From Candidatus Dormiibacterota bacterium (GTDB lineage: Bacteria > Chloroflexota > Dormibacteria > Aeolococcales > Aeolococcaceae): a stretch of DNA of 64,000 nucleotides. The notes under the pieces are model-generated. The model was not told the origin of the DNA and did no database searches. It worked only from the letters and a program-made list of their open reading frames with translations. The stretch lies in the NCBI GenBank assembly GCA_963789735.1, contig CAWBLV010000006.1, forward strand, positions 810,846 to 874,845, read 5' to 3'. Within the stretch, counting starts at the first letter, position 1. Every line of letters starts with the position of its first letter. Below are positions 52,034 through 61,307 of this stretch, piece by piece. The translations under genes were made by a program, and so were the position numbers.

Positions 52034-52300
52034 ATGGCACCGAAGCGCGCCAACACCCTGAGCGAACGTGATCGCAACAAGCTCAGCGCCGAGCGTTTCG
52101 CGTTCCCCGCGGAGCGCAAGGAGCCGCTCACCGACGCGTCCCATGTTCGCAACGCCATCGCCAGGTTCGACCAGGTCGAGGGTGTCAGTGATGCGGAGCG
52201 TGACCGTGCCTGGCGCAGGATCCGCGCGGCAGCGAGGCGTCACGGCGTGGCAATCGAGGCCAGAGGCTGGCGACAGCTGATCGCGGGTGGGAGGTCCTGA
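52034..52300 (+). CDS. Small conserved hypothetical protein (88 aa)
   Basis: RBS GGGAGG plus ATG; AT-rich promoter island with TATAAC -10 (52010-52015) and ATCAT-N5-ATGAT palindrome (51987-52001); basic/helical composition. Confidence 0.5.
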   Translation: MAPKRANTLSERDRNKLSAERFAFPAERKEPLTDASHVRNAIARFDQVEGVSDAERDRAWRRIRAAARRHGVAIEARGWRQLIAGGRS

Positions 52301-52455
52301 TGGCAGCGTTGCTCATATTCCTGTTGCTCGTCGCTTTGCTCTTCGGACTCGGCGTGGCGGTGCACGTGTTGTGGTGGGTCGCGATCATTGCGCTGATCGT
52401 GTGGGTGATCGGGTTCGCACTCCGCCCTCGCGGTGGCCGTTGGTACTACTGGTAG
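52300..52455 (+). CDS. Tiny hydrophobic membrane peptide (51 aa), translationally coupled (TGATG)
   Basis: MAALLIFLLLVALLFGLGVAVHVLWWVAIIALIVWVIGFALRPRGGRWYYW; two predicted TM helices; missed by the >=60-aa ORF track. Confidence 0.4.
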   Translation: MAALLIFLLLVALLFGLGVAVHVLWWVAIIALIVWVIGFALRPRGGRWYYW

Positions 52456-52561
52456 ATCACATCTCGTGAGCGACGGAAGGGCCACCGGGCTGTGCATCAG
52501 CGGCCCGGTCGGCCCGACCGTTGGTCCGCTTCCCGGCGGGACAACGTAGGATCGTTGGGCG

Positions 52562-53516
52562 ATGCGCACCCTTTTCACAGCCGAAGGTCACAACGCCGCC
52601 GCCGCCCCCGACGCGATCGACAAGTTCATCAACGTTTCACATGAAACGTTCTGGCTTGATATCCAGGCACCGGACGACGACGACTACCGGCTGCTGAGTG
52701 ACACCTTCAAGTTTCATCAACTCACGATCGAGGACGTCAAGCACCAGAACCAGCGTCCGAAGCTGGATGGGTACGACGGCTACGTCTTTGCCGTCGTCTT
52801 TGTGATCGCGCTCAACGGCGAGGAGGTTTCGTTCCGCGAGCATCACCTCTATATCGCCCCCACGTATCTCGTGACGGTGCACCTCGAGCCGGAACCGTCA
52901 TTCGATCAGCTCAACGCGCGTCTTGCCGAATCGCCGCAAAGCGCGTGCCGGAAATCGTCATTCTTGACGTACCTCGTCATGGACGCGCTCGTCGACACCA
53001 CATTCACCGCCCTGGAAACACTCGACGAAGCGGTTGACAAGTTGCAGGACGCAGTGCTCGAAAATGCGACCAATTCGCAGCTGGCGCTGCTCCAGGAGAT
53101 GAAGCACTCGGCCGTGGAGATGCGGCGCATTCTCGGCGCGCAACGCGACATGTTCCAGCGGCTGGTGACGCTCTCGCTCGAGCTCGATCGCGAGACAACC
53201 GCGTACTACCGCGATGTCTACGACCACATCATCCGTCAGTACGAGACGGTCGAACTCGTTGCGCGACCTGCTCACCGGTGCCATGGATGTGTATCTCTCC
53301 ACCGTCTCGAACCGGCTGAACATGACCGTGAAAGCGCTCACGGTTGTCGCGAGTCTTTTCCTCCCCTTGACGTTCCTGACCGGGTTCTTCGGGATGAACT
53401 TCGGCTGGCTGGTGTCACGGATCGGCAGCGTCTACGCATTCGGCATCGGCCTGGCGATCATGGCTATTTCGATCATCACGCAGCTGTACTTCTTCCGCCG
53501 CCGCGGGTGGATCTGA
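52562..53516 (+). CDS. corA: CorA-family Mg2+/Co2+ transporter; frameshift near 53262-53270
   Basis: Cytoplasmic domain in ORF 52562..; TM region with the GMN motif (FFGMNFGW) in ORF 53214..53516. Junction ...YETVELV|RDLLTGAMDVYLS; one extra base in ctcgttgcgcgacc. Confidence 0.8.
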
Positions 53517-53526
53517 GCCTCCGGCG

Positions 53527-54333
53527 CTACTCGTAGATGTCGGAGGGCGCGACCGTACGCGCCATCCAGCGTGCCGGATCGGCGGGTTTCCAGCCGAGGC
53601 GTTCGTAGATACCGTGAGCATCACGGGTCCCAAGCTGCCACGAGCGCAGACCCGCGAGGTCAGGATGATCGACGACGCACTGGACAAGCCAGAGTCCAAG
53701 TCCGAGGCCACGGTGCTCGGGCAGCACGAAGACATCCGCGAGGTAGCCGTACGTCGCGTAGTCGGTGACGACGCGACAGAATCCAGCCTGGTCGCCTGCG
53801 GGTGTGTACAGCCCAAAGCACAGTGAATTGCTCAACGCCCGTTCCATGACGTCGCGCGGAATCCCGGTGGACCAGTAGGCGTGGCGCGAGAGAAACTCGT
53901 ACACCCTGTCGACATCGATGCGCGTGCTATCCGTGGACACGGTGTACTCGAGGTGGCGCCACTCGTCGATGCCGGGTGGGCTGTCCCCTCGCGCAGCAAC
54001 AATGAGCCGCGCAATGCGCGCGGGCAACGCCGGCGCGGCTGCCATCCCCGGCTCGAGCGGCTCAGTCGCCACCACCGCCGACACTGGGATTGGCCCGTAC
54101 ACGTGCGGGAATGCCTCCTCGCCCGCGACCGTCGCCTCGTAGTGCACGGGCGCGTCGACGGCATCCTCATCGATCAGCAACAGGACCAGGTCCTCGACAC
54201 CGGCGTAGAGGGCTCGCCACGGAATGCGCACCTGCCGTCCAGCCGAGCAGTGAATGAACGGCGGGGATTCGTAGCTGCCACCGACCTGCGCGGCACGCCA
54301 TGTCCCGCCGCGAGCGATGTGCAGGATCATCAT
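53527..54333 (-). CDS. DUF952 domain fused to GNAT N-acetyltransferase
   Basis: 268 aa; N-terminal DUF952 (MMILHIA...FIHCS...FPHVYGPIP), C-terminal GNAT fold (VLPEHRGLGLGLWLV). Confidence 0.7.
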   Translation of the reverse strand: MMILHIARGGTWRAAQVGGSYESPPFIHCSAGRQVRIPWRALYAGVEDLVLLLIDEDAVDAPVHYEATVAGEEAFPHVYGPIPVSAVVATEPLEPGMAAAPALPARIARLIVAARGDSPPGIDEWRHLEYTVSTDSTRIDVDRVYEFLSRHAYWSTGIPRDVMERALSNSLCFGLYTPAGDQAGFCRVVTDYATYGYLADVFVLPEHRGLGLGLWLVQCVVDHPDLAGLRSWQLGTRDAHGIYERLGWKPADPARWMARTVAPSDIYE

Positions 54334-54402
54334 GTGCTGTATACCTGATCGACGTCAGGCATGTGCCGTGTTGGGCGTTACTCGACGGAAAGGAGAGCAA
54401 CG

Positions 54403-54771
54403 ATGCGGGTGAGAGGCGTGAGTTGGGTCGGAGTCAAGACGGACCAGTACGTTGCGATGACGACGTTCTTCCGCGACGTCATCGGGCTGGAGGCCGTCGC
54501 GGAGCGCGACGACTTCCTGGTGTTCCGGACGCCAGATGGGGATCAGGTGGAGATATTCGGGCCGAAGGGACCCGATCCGGTCGAGCAATTCGAGCACGAC
54601 CAGGTCGTTGCGGGCCTGCTGGTGGACGACATCGACGGTGCGATCGCCGAGCTGCGAGACGCGGGCATCGAGCTGATCGGAGCAGCCAACACCGGCGGAG
54701 GCTACACCTGGCAGCACTTCCGCGCACCTGACGGCAAAGTGTTCGACATCTGCAACGACCCGCAGCAGTGA
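54403..54771 (+). CDS. VOC (glyoxalase/bleomycin-resistance) family protein
   Basis: Glyoxalase-like fold; probable start M15 of the 136-aa ORF. Confidence 0.65.
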   Translation: MRVRGVSWVGVKTDQYVAMTTFFRDVIGLEAVAERDDFLVFRTPDGDQVEIFGPKGPDPVEQFEHDQVVAGLLVDDIDGAIAELRDAGIELIGAANTGGGYTWQHFRAPDGKVFDICNDPQQ

Positions 54772-54817
54772 AGCTGGTCGTTATTCGCCGCGCGACGTTG
54801 CGCTCAGGCTGACCGAA

Positions 54818-55657
54818 CTAGTTCGACGCGAGCCACGACTCGGTGAAGCCCGCGCCGCTGAGCAGCGACCCGGCGATCGCCTGGCGTCCGTGGATACCCG
54901 TCATGACAACGGGGAAGTTGACGAATCCTGATATGCCCTTGGTCTGCCGATTGACGGTCACACTCGCCAGCGAGGCCGCGAACGTGAGCGACCTCCACGG
55001 CGGGAGCCATGCGCTCGCTGCGCCGTAGGTGGGCGACTCCGCGATCCATTCCGCAGACGAACGCTTACAGGTCGTGCCGCTGGCGCAGCGCGCGTTGACC
55101 GTGGACGTTGCGCCCGACGTGATGTCCCGAACGGTGATCGTGAAGATGCCGTCCAGGTAATGCACCGACGCCGCGATCGAATCGCCGGGCCGCACCGAGA
55201 ACACTTGCGTGATGTGGTTTGTCGGAAACATCTCCCACCATGCGGTGTAGACGGCAGTGGTTCCGGAGCAATACGCCTCGACGCCGGCCTGTTCCACCGT
55301 TTTCGAGTACCAACCGTCGAGGCCGACCCAGAAGACCGCAGCTTGTGGCGCGGTTGTCTTCGCACATGCGACTGGTGGAACTTTCCATGTGGCGCTGACA
55401 TCCGTCAACGGCGTGCCCGGTGCCACGACGTAGCCCGACCATGTCGCTGACGACTGTGCTGGACCTGCGAACCCGAAGTCCCGGCTGAAGGTGCTCGCTG
55501 TGACGACCGGTGCAGCGTGCGTTGGCGCTGCCGTCGCGGCGGATATCGATGCGAGTGCCAGTCCGCTGGCCACGACGACGGCGCCGGTTACGGTCTTCAA
55601 GTGCCGCGTGGTGACGCGTCCAACAGTCCGATCAGGTCGACTGATCATGGACGTCAA
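54818..55657 (-). CDS. Secreted peptidase G1 (eqolisin/scytalidoglutamic peptidase) family protein
   Basis: 279 aa; signal peptide; family hallmarks SATWSGYVV and AAVFWVGLDGW. Confidence 0.65.
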   Translation of the reverse strand: MTSMISRPDRTVGRVTTRHLKTVTGAVVVASGLALASISAATAAPTHAAPVVTASTFSRDFGFAGPAQSSATWSGYVVAPGTPLTDVSATWKVPPVACAKTTAPQAAVFWVGLDGWYSKTVEQAGVEAYCSGTTAVYTAWWEMFPTNHITQVFSVRPGDSIAASVHYLDGIFTITVRDITSGATSTVNARCASGTTCKRSSAEWIAESPTYGAASAWLPPWRSLTFAASLASVTVNRQTKGISGFVNFPVVMTGIHGRQAIAGSLLSGAGFTESWLASN

Positions 55658-56592
55658 CGCGAGGCGTACGCGCGCATGCGACGTCCTGCTGCAACGGACA
55701 CGCCACCGCCAATCACCATGAGTGCCGGGACCATGAAGCCGATGCCGCCCGATCCGGTATCCGGAATCGGGACCGGTCCGGACGTTGAGCCGCCTGTGCC
55801 AGGTCCGCCCGCGCCACCGGATCCACCACTACCACCAGATCCGCCGCCACCACCCGAACCGCCGCCACCGGATCCGCCGCCACCCGAACCGACGGTGCAC
55901 GTGCCGACCGGCGGCGTGATGTTGTTGGCGTCAAGCGTGAGCGCGCCGTTGCGTGCCATCGCGCGACCGTTGATGATATTGGCGCCGGTCACCATCGTGA
56001 TGCTGGTGAGCGCCATGAGCGTTCCCTGAAAGTGTGTCGCCGAGCCAAGCGTGGCCGAGCTGCCCACCTGCCAGAACACGCCGCACGCCTGCGCACCGTT
56101 GGTGGTAAGGACCACCGAGTTGCTCGCCGTCGTCAGCGTGCTGCCGATCTGGAAGATGTACACGCCGTTGCCGCTGAGCGTGAGCGGCCCGGTCAGCTGT
56201 GCAGAGCTGTCGAACTTGTAGACGCCAGGAGTCAGGTTCTGACCACCGAGGTTCAGCCCGGTCATGTCGGTCGTGACAGGCGCGTTGGCTGCTTCGGTGT
56301 ACGCCGTCGAAAGGTCGTTCTTGGCCTGCAGCGCAACGGCATCACTGATGTGCTTGACACCGGTGACAGTCCCCGGCGGGAATCCTGTGACTGAAGAACC
56401 GGGATCCAACCCCAGGTTGCCGGTGATCACGCTCGGTCCGGTATTGGTGATTGTCGAGCCTGCGAGCACGGTGAAATTGAGTGCGGTCCCGAGGCTCGGG
56501 GCCGTCGCTGCGAACGCGTCGAGGGGCGAGAGAGCCACAAGGGCGCCGGTGAAGAGGACGATGGGGAGCACGACGGGGAGACGTTTGAACAT
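55654..56592 (-). CDS. DUF3494 ('ice-binding-like') beta-solenoid surface protein with Gly/Ser linker and LPXTG-like C-terminal sorting signal
   Basis: True start ATG 56592 (MFKRLPVVLPIVLFTG..., signal peptide). DUF3494 repeats; then ...PIPDTG plus a hydrophobic segment plus GRRMRAYASR tail (sortase-type anchor). Confidence 0.7.
   Translation of the reverse strand: MFKRLPVVLPIVLFTGALVALSPLDAFAATAPSLGTALNFTVLAGSTITNTGPSVITGNLGLDPGSSVTGFPPGTVTGVKHISDAVALQAKNDLSTAYTEAANAPVTTDMTGLNLGGQNLTPGVYKFDSSAQLTGPLTLSGNGVYIFQIGSTLTTASNSVVLTTNGAQACGVFWQVGSSATLGSATHFQGTLMALTSITMVTGANIINGRAMARNGALTLDANNITPPVGTCTVGSGGGGSGGGGSGGGGGSGGSGGSGGAGGPGTGGSTSGPVPIPDTGSGGIGFMVPALMVIGGGVSVAAGRRMRAYASR
55790..55892. repeat. 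Tandem ~15-nt coding repeat (GGSGG)n inside the DUF3494 gene
   Basis: Encodes GSGGGGSGGGGSGGGGGSGGSGGSGGAGG; low-complexity flexible linker. Confidence 0.5.
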
Positions 56593-56682
56593 GACCCCAC
56601 CATGGGCCGATGGCGGATCAACGCGCGCCGAACTGCGGCTTGCGACCCCGTCCGCCGTAATGCGTTGCAACTTTCTCCGTGA

Positions 56683-57183
56683 TCAGTCCGGGGCGCCTTG
56701 CTCCTGGTCGTACGACGTGTCACGTCGTCTGGGACCGATCATCACCGCGAGTGCCGTGCCATAGATGAGGTGGGCGCCGAGCATGACGGCCTGGCGATCA
56801 CGCCGGTCGCGCTGGGCTGCCGGCATGATGCCAAGCGCCGGCACCCATCCCATGTAGCTGACGCCCCATATCGCTGCGCCGTACGCCACGCCCGCGGGCA
56901 CGCGAACCATCAATCGCTTCGGGGCGATGACACCGAAAGCCGCACCAGCCGCGGCCCCGAATCCGAAGTGGAGGATCGCCGCGAGCGCATCCTGCTGGTC
57001 GCCGCTGTGGCCGATTCCTGTTCGACGCAGCATCGCGGCGGTGATCTTCTCCGGGGGCATGCCGCCGACGAAACCAGCACGCTTCGCGCCGATCATCAGC
57101 GAACTCATGAGTCCGGTCGCGAGCGTTCCGGCACCGGCTCCACGCGCTGCGCGCCGGACGACGCCGGAACGCTCAGCGGTCAC
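56683..57183 (-). CDS. Small integral membrane protein (DUF1440-like)
   Basis: 166 aa; Gly/Ala-rich TM helices; GTG start overlapping the stop of a tiny upstream ORF. Confidence 0.45.
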   Translation of the reverse strand: MTAERSGVVRRAARGAGAGTLATGLMSSLMIGAKRAGFVGGMPPEKITAAMLRRTGIGHSGDQQDALAAILHFGFGAAAGAAFGVIAPKRLMVRVPAGVAYGAAIWGVSYMGWVPALGIMPAAQRDRRDRQAVMLGAHLIYGTALAVMIGPRRRDTSYDQEQGAPD

Positions 57184-57257
57184 CGCGACCGCCAGAAGTA
57201 GCCGCCGCCGCCGAACAGCAGTAACACCACAACGATGATCAGGATCAGTGTCAGCAC
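57180..57257 (-). CDS. Possible 25-aa hydrophobic leader/membrane peptide (speculative)
   Basis: GGAGG plus GTG; VLTLILIIVVVLLLFGGGGYFWRSR*; GTGA overlap with the downstream DUF1440 gene; resembles the 51-aa peptide at 52300. Confidence 0.2.
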   Translation of the reverse strand: MLTLILIIVVVLLLFGGGGYFWRSR

Positions 57258-57377
57258 AGCCTCAACCTCCGTATACCACAACTTAGTTATCGCATTATAT
57301 TACAGTGTGACTATAAAGTGCACAGGGCGTTCTCGGGAGCACCCTCCCGGCACGTCATCGGGGACAATCCGGCCGCC

Positions 57378-58100
57378 GTGCCAACTCGCACTGACAAACC
57401 GTTGCCGTCCGACCGAACAGCTGTCGTCGTGCTTTCCGGCGGCCTCGACTCGACGACCATGGGCTATTGGTTGCGTGCCCAGGGCTACTCGCTCGAGGCC
57501 ATCTCGTTCGACTACGGGCAGCGCCATCGCAAGGAGTTGGAGTTCGCGAAGCAGATCTCGGCTGATCTCGACGCGTCATGGACGCTCATCGACCTGCACG
57601 CGGCGGGCTTGTCGCGCATCCTCGGCGGGTCCGCGCTCACCGACTCCGCCGTCGCAGTTCCCGACGGTCACTACGCCGACGAGAGCATGCGGATCACGGT
57701 CGTGCCGAATCGCAACGCCATCATGCTCAGCATCGCGTGTGCCCTCGCAGTCACACGCGAAGCTGAGGCTGTCGCATTCGGTGCGCACACTGGCGACCAC
57801 TTCATCTACCCCGACTGCCGGCCGGAATTCGTGCGCGCATTCGCGACCATGGTCAATCTCGCTGTCGAGGGTCTCGCGAGCATCGAAATCGTGGCGCCAT
57901 TTTTGTCAATAACCAAGGCCGACATCGTCACGTTGGGCAATGAGCTGCATGTGCCATTCGAACGAACCTGGTCCTGCTACAAGGGAGGCGACGTGCATTG
58001 CGGTACCTGCGGGACGTGTTATGAGCGGCGTGAGGCCTTCGCGGTTGCACATGTCGTGGACCCGACGACGTATGAGAGCGAGACAAGTCGGGTTCAGTAG
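57378..58100 (+). CDS. queC: 7-cyano-7-deazaguanine synthase QueC
   Basis: PP-loop (AVVVLSGGLDSTTM) and C-terminal Zn-binding CxxC...CxxC (CGTCGTC). Start is uncertain: candidates are ATG 57318, GTG 57378 or TTG 57402; AT-rich island upstream. Confidence 0.85.
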   Translation: MPTRTDKPLPSDRTAVVVLSGGLDSTTMGYWLRAQGYSLEAISFDYGQRHRKELEFAKQISADLDASWTLIDLHAAGLSRILGGSALTDSAVAVPDGHYADESMRITVVPNRNAIMLSIACALAVTREAEAVAFGAHTGDHFIYPDCRPEFVRAFATMVNLAVEGLASIEIVAPFLSITKADIVTLGNELHVPFERTWSCYKGGDVHCGTCGTCYERREAFAVAHVVDPTTYESETSRVQ

Positions 58101-58152
58101 CAGGGCGCGGGAACCGCGGGGGTCAGGTCGCTGACGGCGTCCGCCGCGCGCC

Positions 58153-59007
58153 TCAGGCCGACGTCCCAGTAAAGACAAAACGCTCGCGATGTGCCGGGAC
58201 AAGAACGGCGGCATTGGGAGCTTCTCGTGCCACCGCAGTGACGAGTGCGCCTGGATCCCCGGGATTGCCGGCGAACATGTCGTAGTGCATCGGCACCACA
58301 ACGGGAATATGCGCATGCGCGACGAGTGAAGCAGCGTCGTCTGGGGACAGGTTGCCCACGATGTCGACGGCCTCGCGTTCGGCGTCCCGGCCGTTGATGG
58401 GCAAGAGCGCGAGTTGCACTCCGTGGCTCGCGAGACGTGACGGCTGATCGTCATACAGGATCGTGTCGCCGGCGTGATACACGACGACTCCTTCCTCGCT
58501 CAGGACATAGCCGAGATACCGCACCTTCCCATCGGAGAGTTCAGTCCCGAAGTTGTATGCGTCACGGACGTGCACGCCATGACGCGCCGGCACCGAGTTG
58601 ATCCGCAGTCCGCCATGCACCACGACCTCGTCCGGCTGCACACCGCGAATCCGTTCGGATGTGATGCCGGCGTCGAGGACCTGGTCGACAATCGGGAGCG
58701 GGACGACAACGAGCATCCGCGGGTGCAACTCGAGGAGGCTCACGATGGCCGGAAGGTCGAGGTGATCCCAGTGCTCGTGCGTCGCGGCCACGATGTCGAT
58801 GCTCCCGAGCGACTCGAGTGCCGGCGCCGGCACAAGCCGCTCGCCACGATCGCTCAGGAACGGATCGACCAGCACGTTGGCAGAGGGGAAACGCAGCAGG
58901 AAACCGCTCTGTCCAAGCCACGTCACTTCGACTGTTCCCGCAAGGACCGGAGACGTCATCGGTGCGTCAATCGCCGTGTCCTCTGGCGGCAGTGCATCAA
59001 GCGGCAA
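58153..59007 (-). CDS. MBL-fold metallo-hydrolase
   Basis: 284 aa; HxHxDH motif variant (ATHEHWDHLD). Confidence 0.7.
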   Translation of the reverse strand: MPLDALPPEDTAIDAPMTSPVLAGTVEVTWLGQSGFLLRFPSANVLVDPFLSDRGERLVPAPALESLGSIDIVAATHEHWDHLDLPAIVSLLELHPRMLVVVPLPIVDQVLDAGITSERIRGVQPDEVVVHGGLRINSVPARHGVHVRDAYNFGTELSDGKVRYLGYVLSEEGVVVYHAGDTILYDDQPSRLASHGVQLALLPINGRDAEREAVDIVGNLSPDDAASLVAHAHIPVVVPMHYDMFAGNPGDPGALVTAVAREAPNAAVLVPAHRERFVFTGTSA

Positions 59008-59079
59008 GTATGAACAGGCGACGGGTGCCGCTCGAGAGCAGGTTGACTGCTATTCTCGGTAAGTCGTAACTTACGGTGC

Positions 59080-59877
59080 GTGACAACTTACCAACTTGCG
59101 GGGTGGTCCATCCTCGGCGATCCCACCAGGCGGACCATCTTCGAGCGCCTGACCAAGCGCCCGTCCGCGGTCGGCGATCTCGCCCTTGGACTGCCGGTCA
59201 GCCGGCCGGCCGTCTCGCAGCATCTCAAGGTGCTCAAGGAAGCCGGGTTGGTGGTCGACCAGCAGGCGGGCAATCGCCGCATCTACGCGATCAATCCAGC
59301 CGGTCTCGCCGAACTCCGCGCAGAGCTCGACCGGTTCTGGGCCAGCGCCATGACTGCTTACAAAGCCGCCGCCGAACAACCCAGAGGAGGAGATCACATG
59401 ACCATCCAGGCAGGAGCAACGAGCGTGCGTCACGAGGTCGTCGTGGCCGTGCCGATCGAGCGTGCATTCTCGGTCTTCACCAAGGACTTCGGGAAGTTCA
59501 AGCCACCGGATCACAACCTGCTCGAGGTCCCGATCGCGGAGACGGTGTTCGAGTTGCACGCCGGTGGCAGCGTCTACGACAAGGGCGTCGACGGCAGCGA
59601 GAGCCACTTCGCGCGCGTGCTTGTGTACGAGCCACCACACCGAGTCGTGATCAGCTGGGACATCAGCCCGCAATGGGTCATCGAGATGGATCACACGAAG
59701 TCGAGTGAAGTCGAGGTGCGATTCATTGCTGAGGCGCCCGATCGCACCCGGGTCGAGCTCGAACACCGCAACATCGAACGTCACGGCGACGGTTGGGATT
59801 CCATCCGTGACGGCGTCGACGGCGACAACGGATGGCCGTTGTATCTCCGCCGGTACGTCGCCTCCCTGGCCACGTAA
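59080..59877 (+). CDS. ArsR/SmtB-family HTH regulator fused to (or closely followed by) an SRPBCC/AHSA1-like domain
   Basis: Continuous 265-aa frame; ArsR HTH (FERLTKRPSAVGDLALGLPVSRPAVSQHLKVLKEAGLV). An internal strong RBS AGGAGG plus ATG at 59399 precedes the SRPBCC part, so separate translation is possible. Confidence 0.65.
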   Translation: MTTYQLAGWSILGDPTRRTIFERLTKRPSAVGDLALGLPVSRPAVSQHLKVLKEAGLVVDQQAGNRRIYAINPAGLAELRAELDRFWASAMTAYKAAAEQPRGGDHMTIQAGATSVRHEVVVAVPIERAFSVFTKDFGKFKPPDHNLLEVPIAETVFELHAGGSVYDKGVDGSESHFARVLVYEPPHRVVISWDISPQWVIEMDHTKSSEVEVRFIAEAPDRTRVELEHRNIERHGDGWDSIRDGVDGDNGWPLYLRRYVASLAT

Positions 59878-59970
59878 CTGCGATTCCGACCTGCCGGTTG
59901 AGCGATCAGCGACGCACGGAACGTGCCGCGTCGTTGACGGTCAGCCGGCAGGACCGGGCGATATCGCCGG

Positions 59971-60690
59971 TCACCGCGACCAGCGCTGGCGCACTGGCTG
60001 CGTGCTCGGCCCGACATGGTTGTCGAGCCAGTCCGTCAGCCCTGACGCGGCGCGCCACGTGCCGGCCACGTGCTCGAGTGCGGCGTCGCGTTCGATGCCG
60101 GACTTGCCGGTGACGAGACGTCCGGCAAGCAGCGATCTGCTCTTCAAAAGATCCGCTCTCGGATGGTCGCGTGGGTATCCCCGGGGCATGGACACGAGAC
60201 TGTCAAAGATCAGCTCCAGGCCGGCATCCCGGGCAGTGGAAAGCGTTTCCACCAGGTGCGTGCCGCATTCATCGTCGACGACGGCATCGCGGAAGCGCGT
60301 CAGCTGGTCGCGTGCCAGCCGGTGGTATCCGGTCCCCGCGTAGAGGCCGCGCGCAGAGATCTCGGCATAGAGCCGGGCGGTGACCGGCGTATCAAAGTCG
60401 AGAGCGCCGTACGTTCGTGTTTTGTATGGAACGGCGGGGGTGAAACGCATGTCGTTCTGCTGACGGAACACCCGCATGGTGCCGCCCGAGGTCGCCCGCA
60501 ACTCCCGCAGCATCGACAGCATCGCGCCACGAACCTCGATCTCATACCGGTCACGCGTTGCCGTGAAATATTCGCGGGTGTTGTCGCGCTCGAGGCCTGC
60601 AAACCACTCGAAGGCCCACGCGGTGAACCCGGAAAATACCGGCTCCGTCAGGATGAGGTTGCTGTCAGATTTCGGCTCGCTTGTTTGCAC
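59971..60690 (-). CDS. DUF2461 (TIGR02453) family protein
   Basis: 239 aa; conserved N-terminal block FEWFAGLERDNTREYF. Confidence 0.65.
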   Translation of the reverse strand: MQTSEPKSDSNLILTEPVFSGFTAWAFEWFAGLERDNTREYFTATRDRYEIEVRGAMLSMLRELRATSGGTMRVFRQQNDMRFTPAVPYKTRTYGALDFDTPVTARLYAEISARGLYAGTGYHRLARDQLTRFRDAVVDDECGTHLVETLSTARDAGLELIFDSLVSMPRGYPRDHPRADLLKSRSLLAGRLVTGKSGIERDAALEHVAGTWRAASGLTDWLDNHVGPSTQPVRQRWSR

Positions 60691-60717
60691 AGCACCAAGG
60701 ATGGTGGGCGGTCCAGG

Positions 60718-61191
60718 TCACTGCACGGACGAAGCAGCCGCTTGCAGGTCCTTGGCGGTGCGCTCGAACATGGCTCCGAAGTCCGGAAGAGACTTTGCCG
60801 CGATCGATAGCAGCAGGCCGTGAAAAACCTCGGTGATCGTCACGTCGGTTTTGGCGTCAGATCGTGGCGACAGCCGATAGGTGCGGTTGCTCACCAGGAG
60901 CGGCCATCGACTCAGGCGCCAGACCATCAACTTCGGCTCGTCGTAGACGACGACCTTCGGACTGAACGTCTGCCGCGGAGCTTCGGGCACCTTGAACGAG
61001 ACACGCTTGCCGAGGGCGATCGTGCCCTCGATGCTCGTCACGGTCGAGTTCCACTTCGACTGCTCCGCCACATCCGCGAGAAGGCTCCAGAGTGTCGTCG
61101 CCGACGCAGCAATCGTCCTGGTAACGGAGAACGTCAGGCGAAACGTTGTCCGTGTCGTTGTCGCCTTGCCGTCCTGTGACGCCGGCCCCAT
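60718..61191 (-). CDS. SRPBCC (polyketide cyclase/START-like) family protein
   Basis: 157 aa; Bet v1-like fold pattern. Confidence 0.6.
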   Translation of the reverse strand: MGPASQDGKATTTRTTFRLTFSVTRTIAASATTLWSLLADVAEQSKWNSTVTSIEGTIALGKRVSFKVPEAPRQTFSPKVVVYDEPKLMVWRLSRWPLLVSNRTYRLSPRSDAKTDVTITEVFHGLLLSIAAKSLPDFGAMFERTAKDLQAAASSVQ

Positions 61192-61307
61192 ATCGCCCCT
61201 ACTGGTTCGCTATCTGCAGCTTGACCATCGTACTGACCGGCCCCCTGGCCGGGGTTGGCCCGTCGGGGTTGAAGAACGGGGCCGAGGCGGCACAATGGAT
61301 GCATACG

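Noticed and set aside
55790-55892. Short tandem repeats as a possible CRISPR or VNTR locus
   Set aside because: The repeats are in-frame codons for a Gly/Ser linker inside the DUF3494 gene; there are no spacer/repeat alternation and no cas genes.
57235-57377. preQ1 riboswitch upstream of queC
   Set aside because: A stem AGGGC...CACCCT with a GUUCU-containing loop superficially resembles the preQ1-I hairpin, but the loop is too long and there is no A-rich 3' tail for the pseudoknot. The AT-rich island is more simply explained as a promoter.
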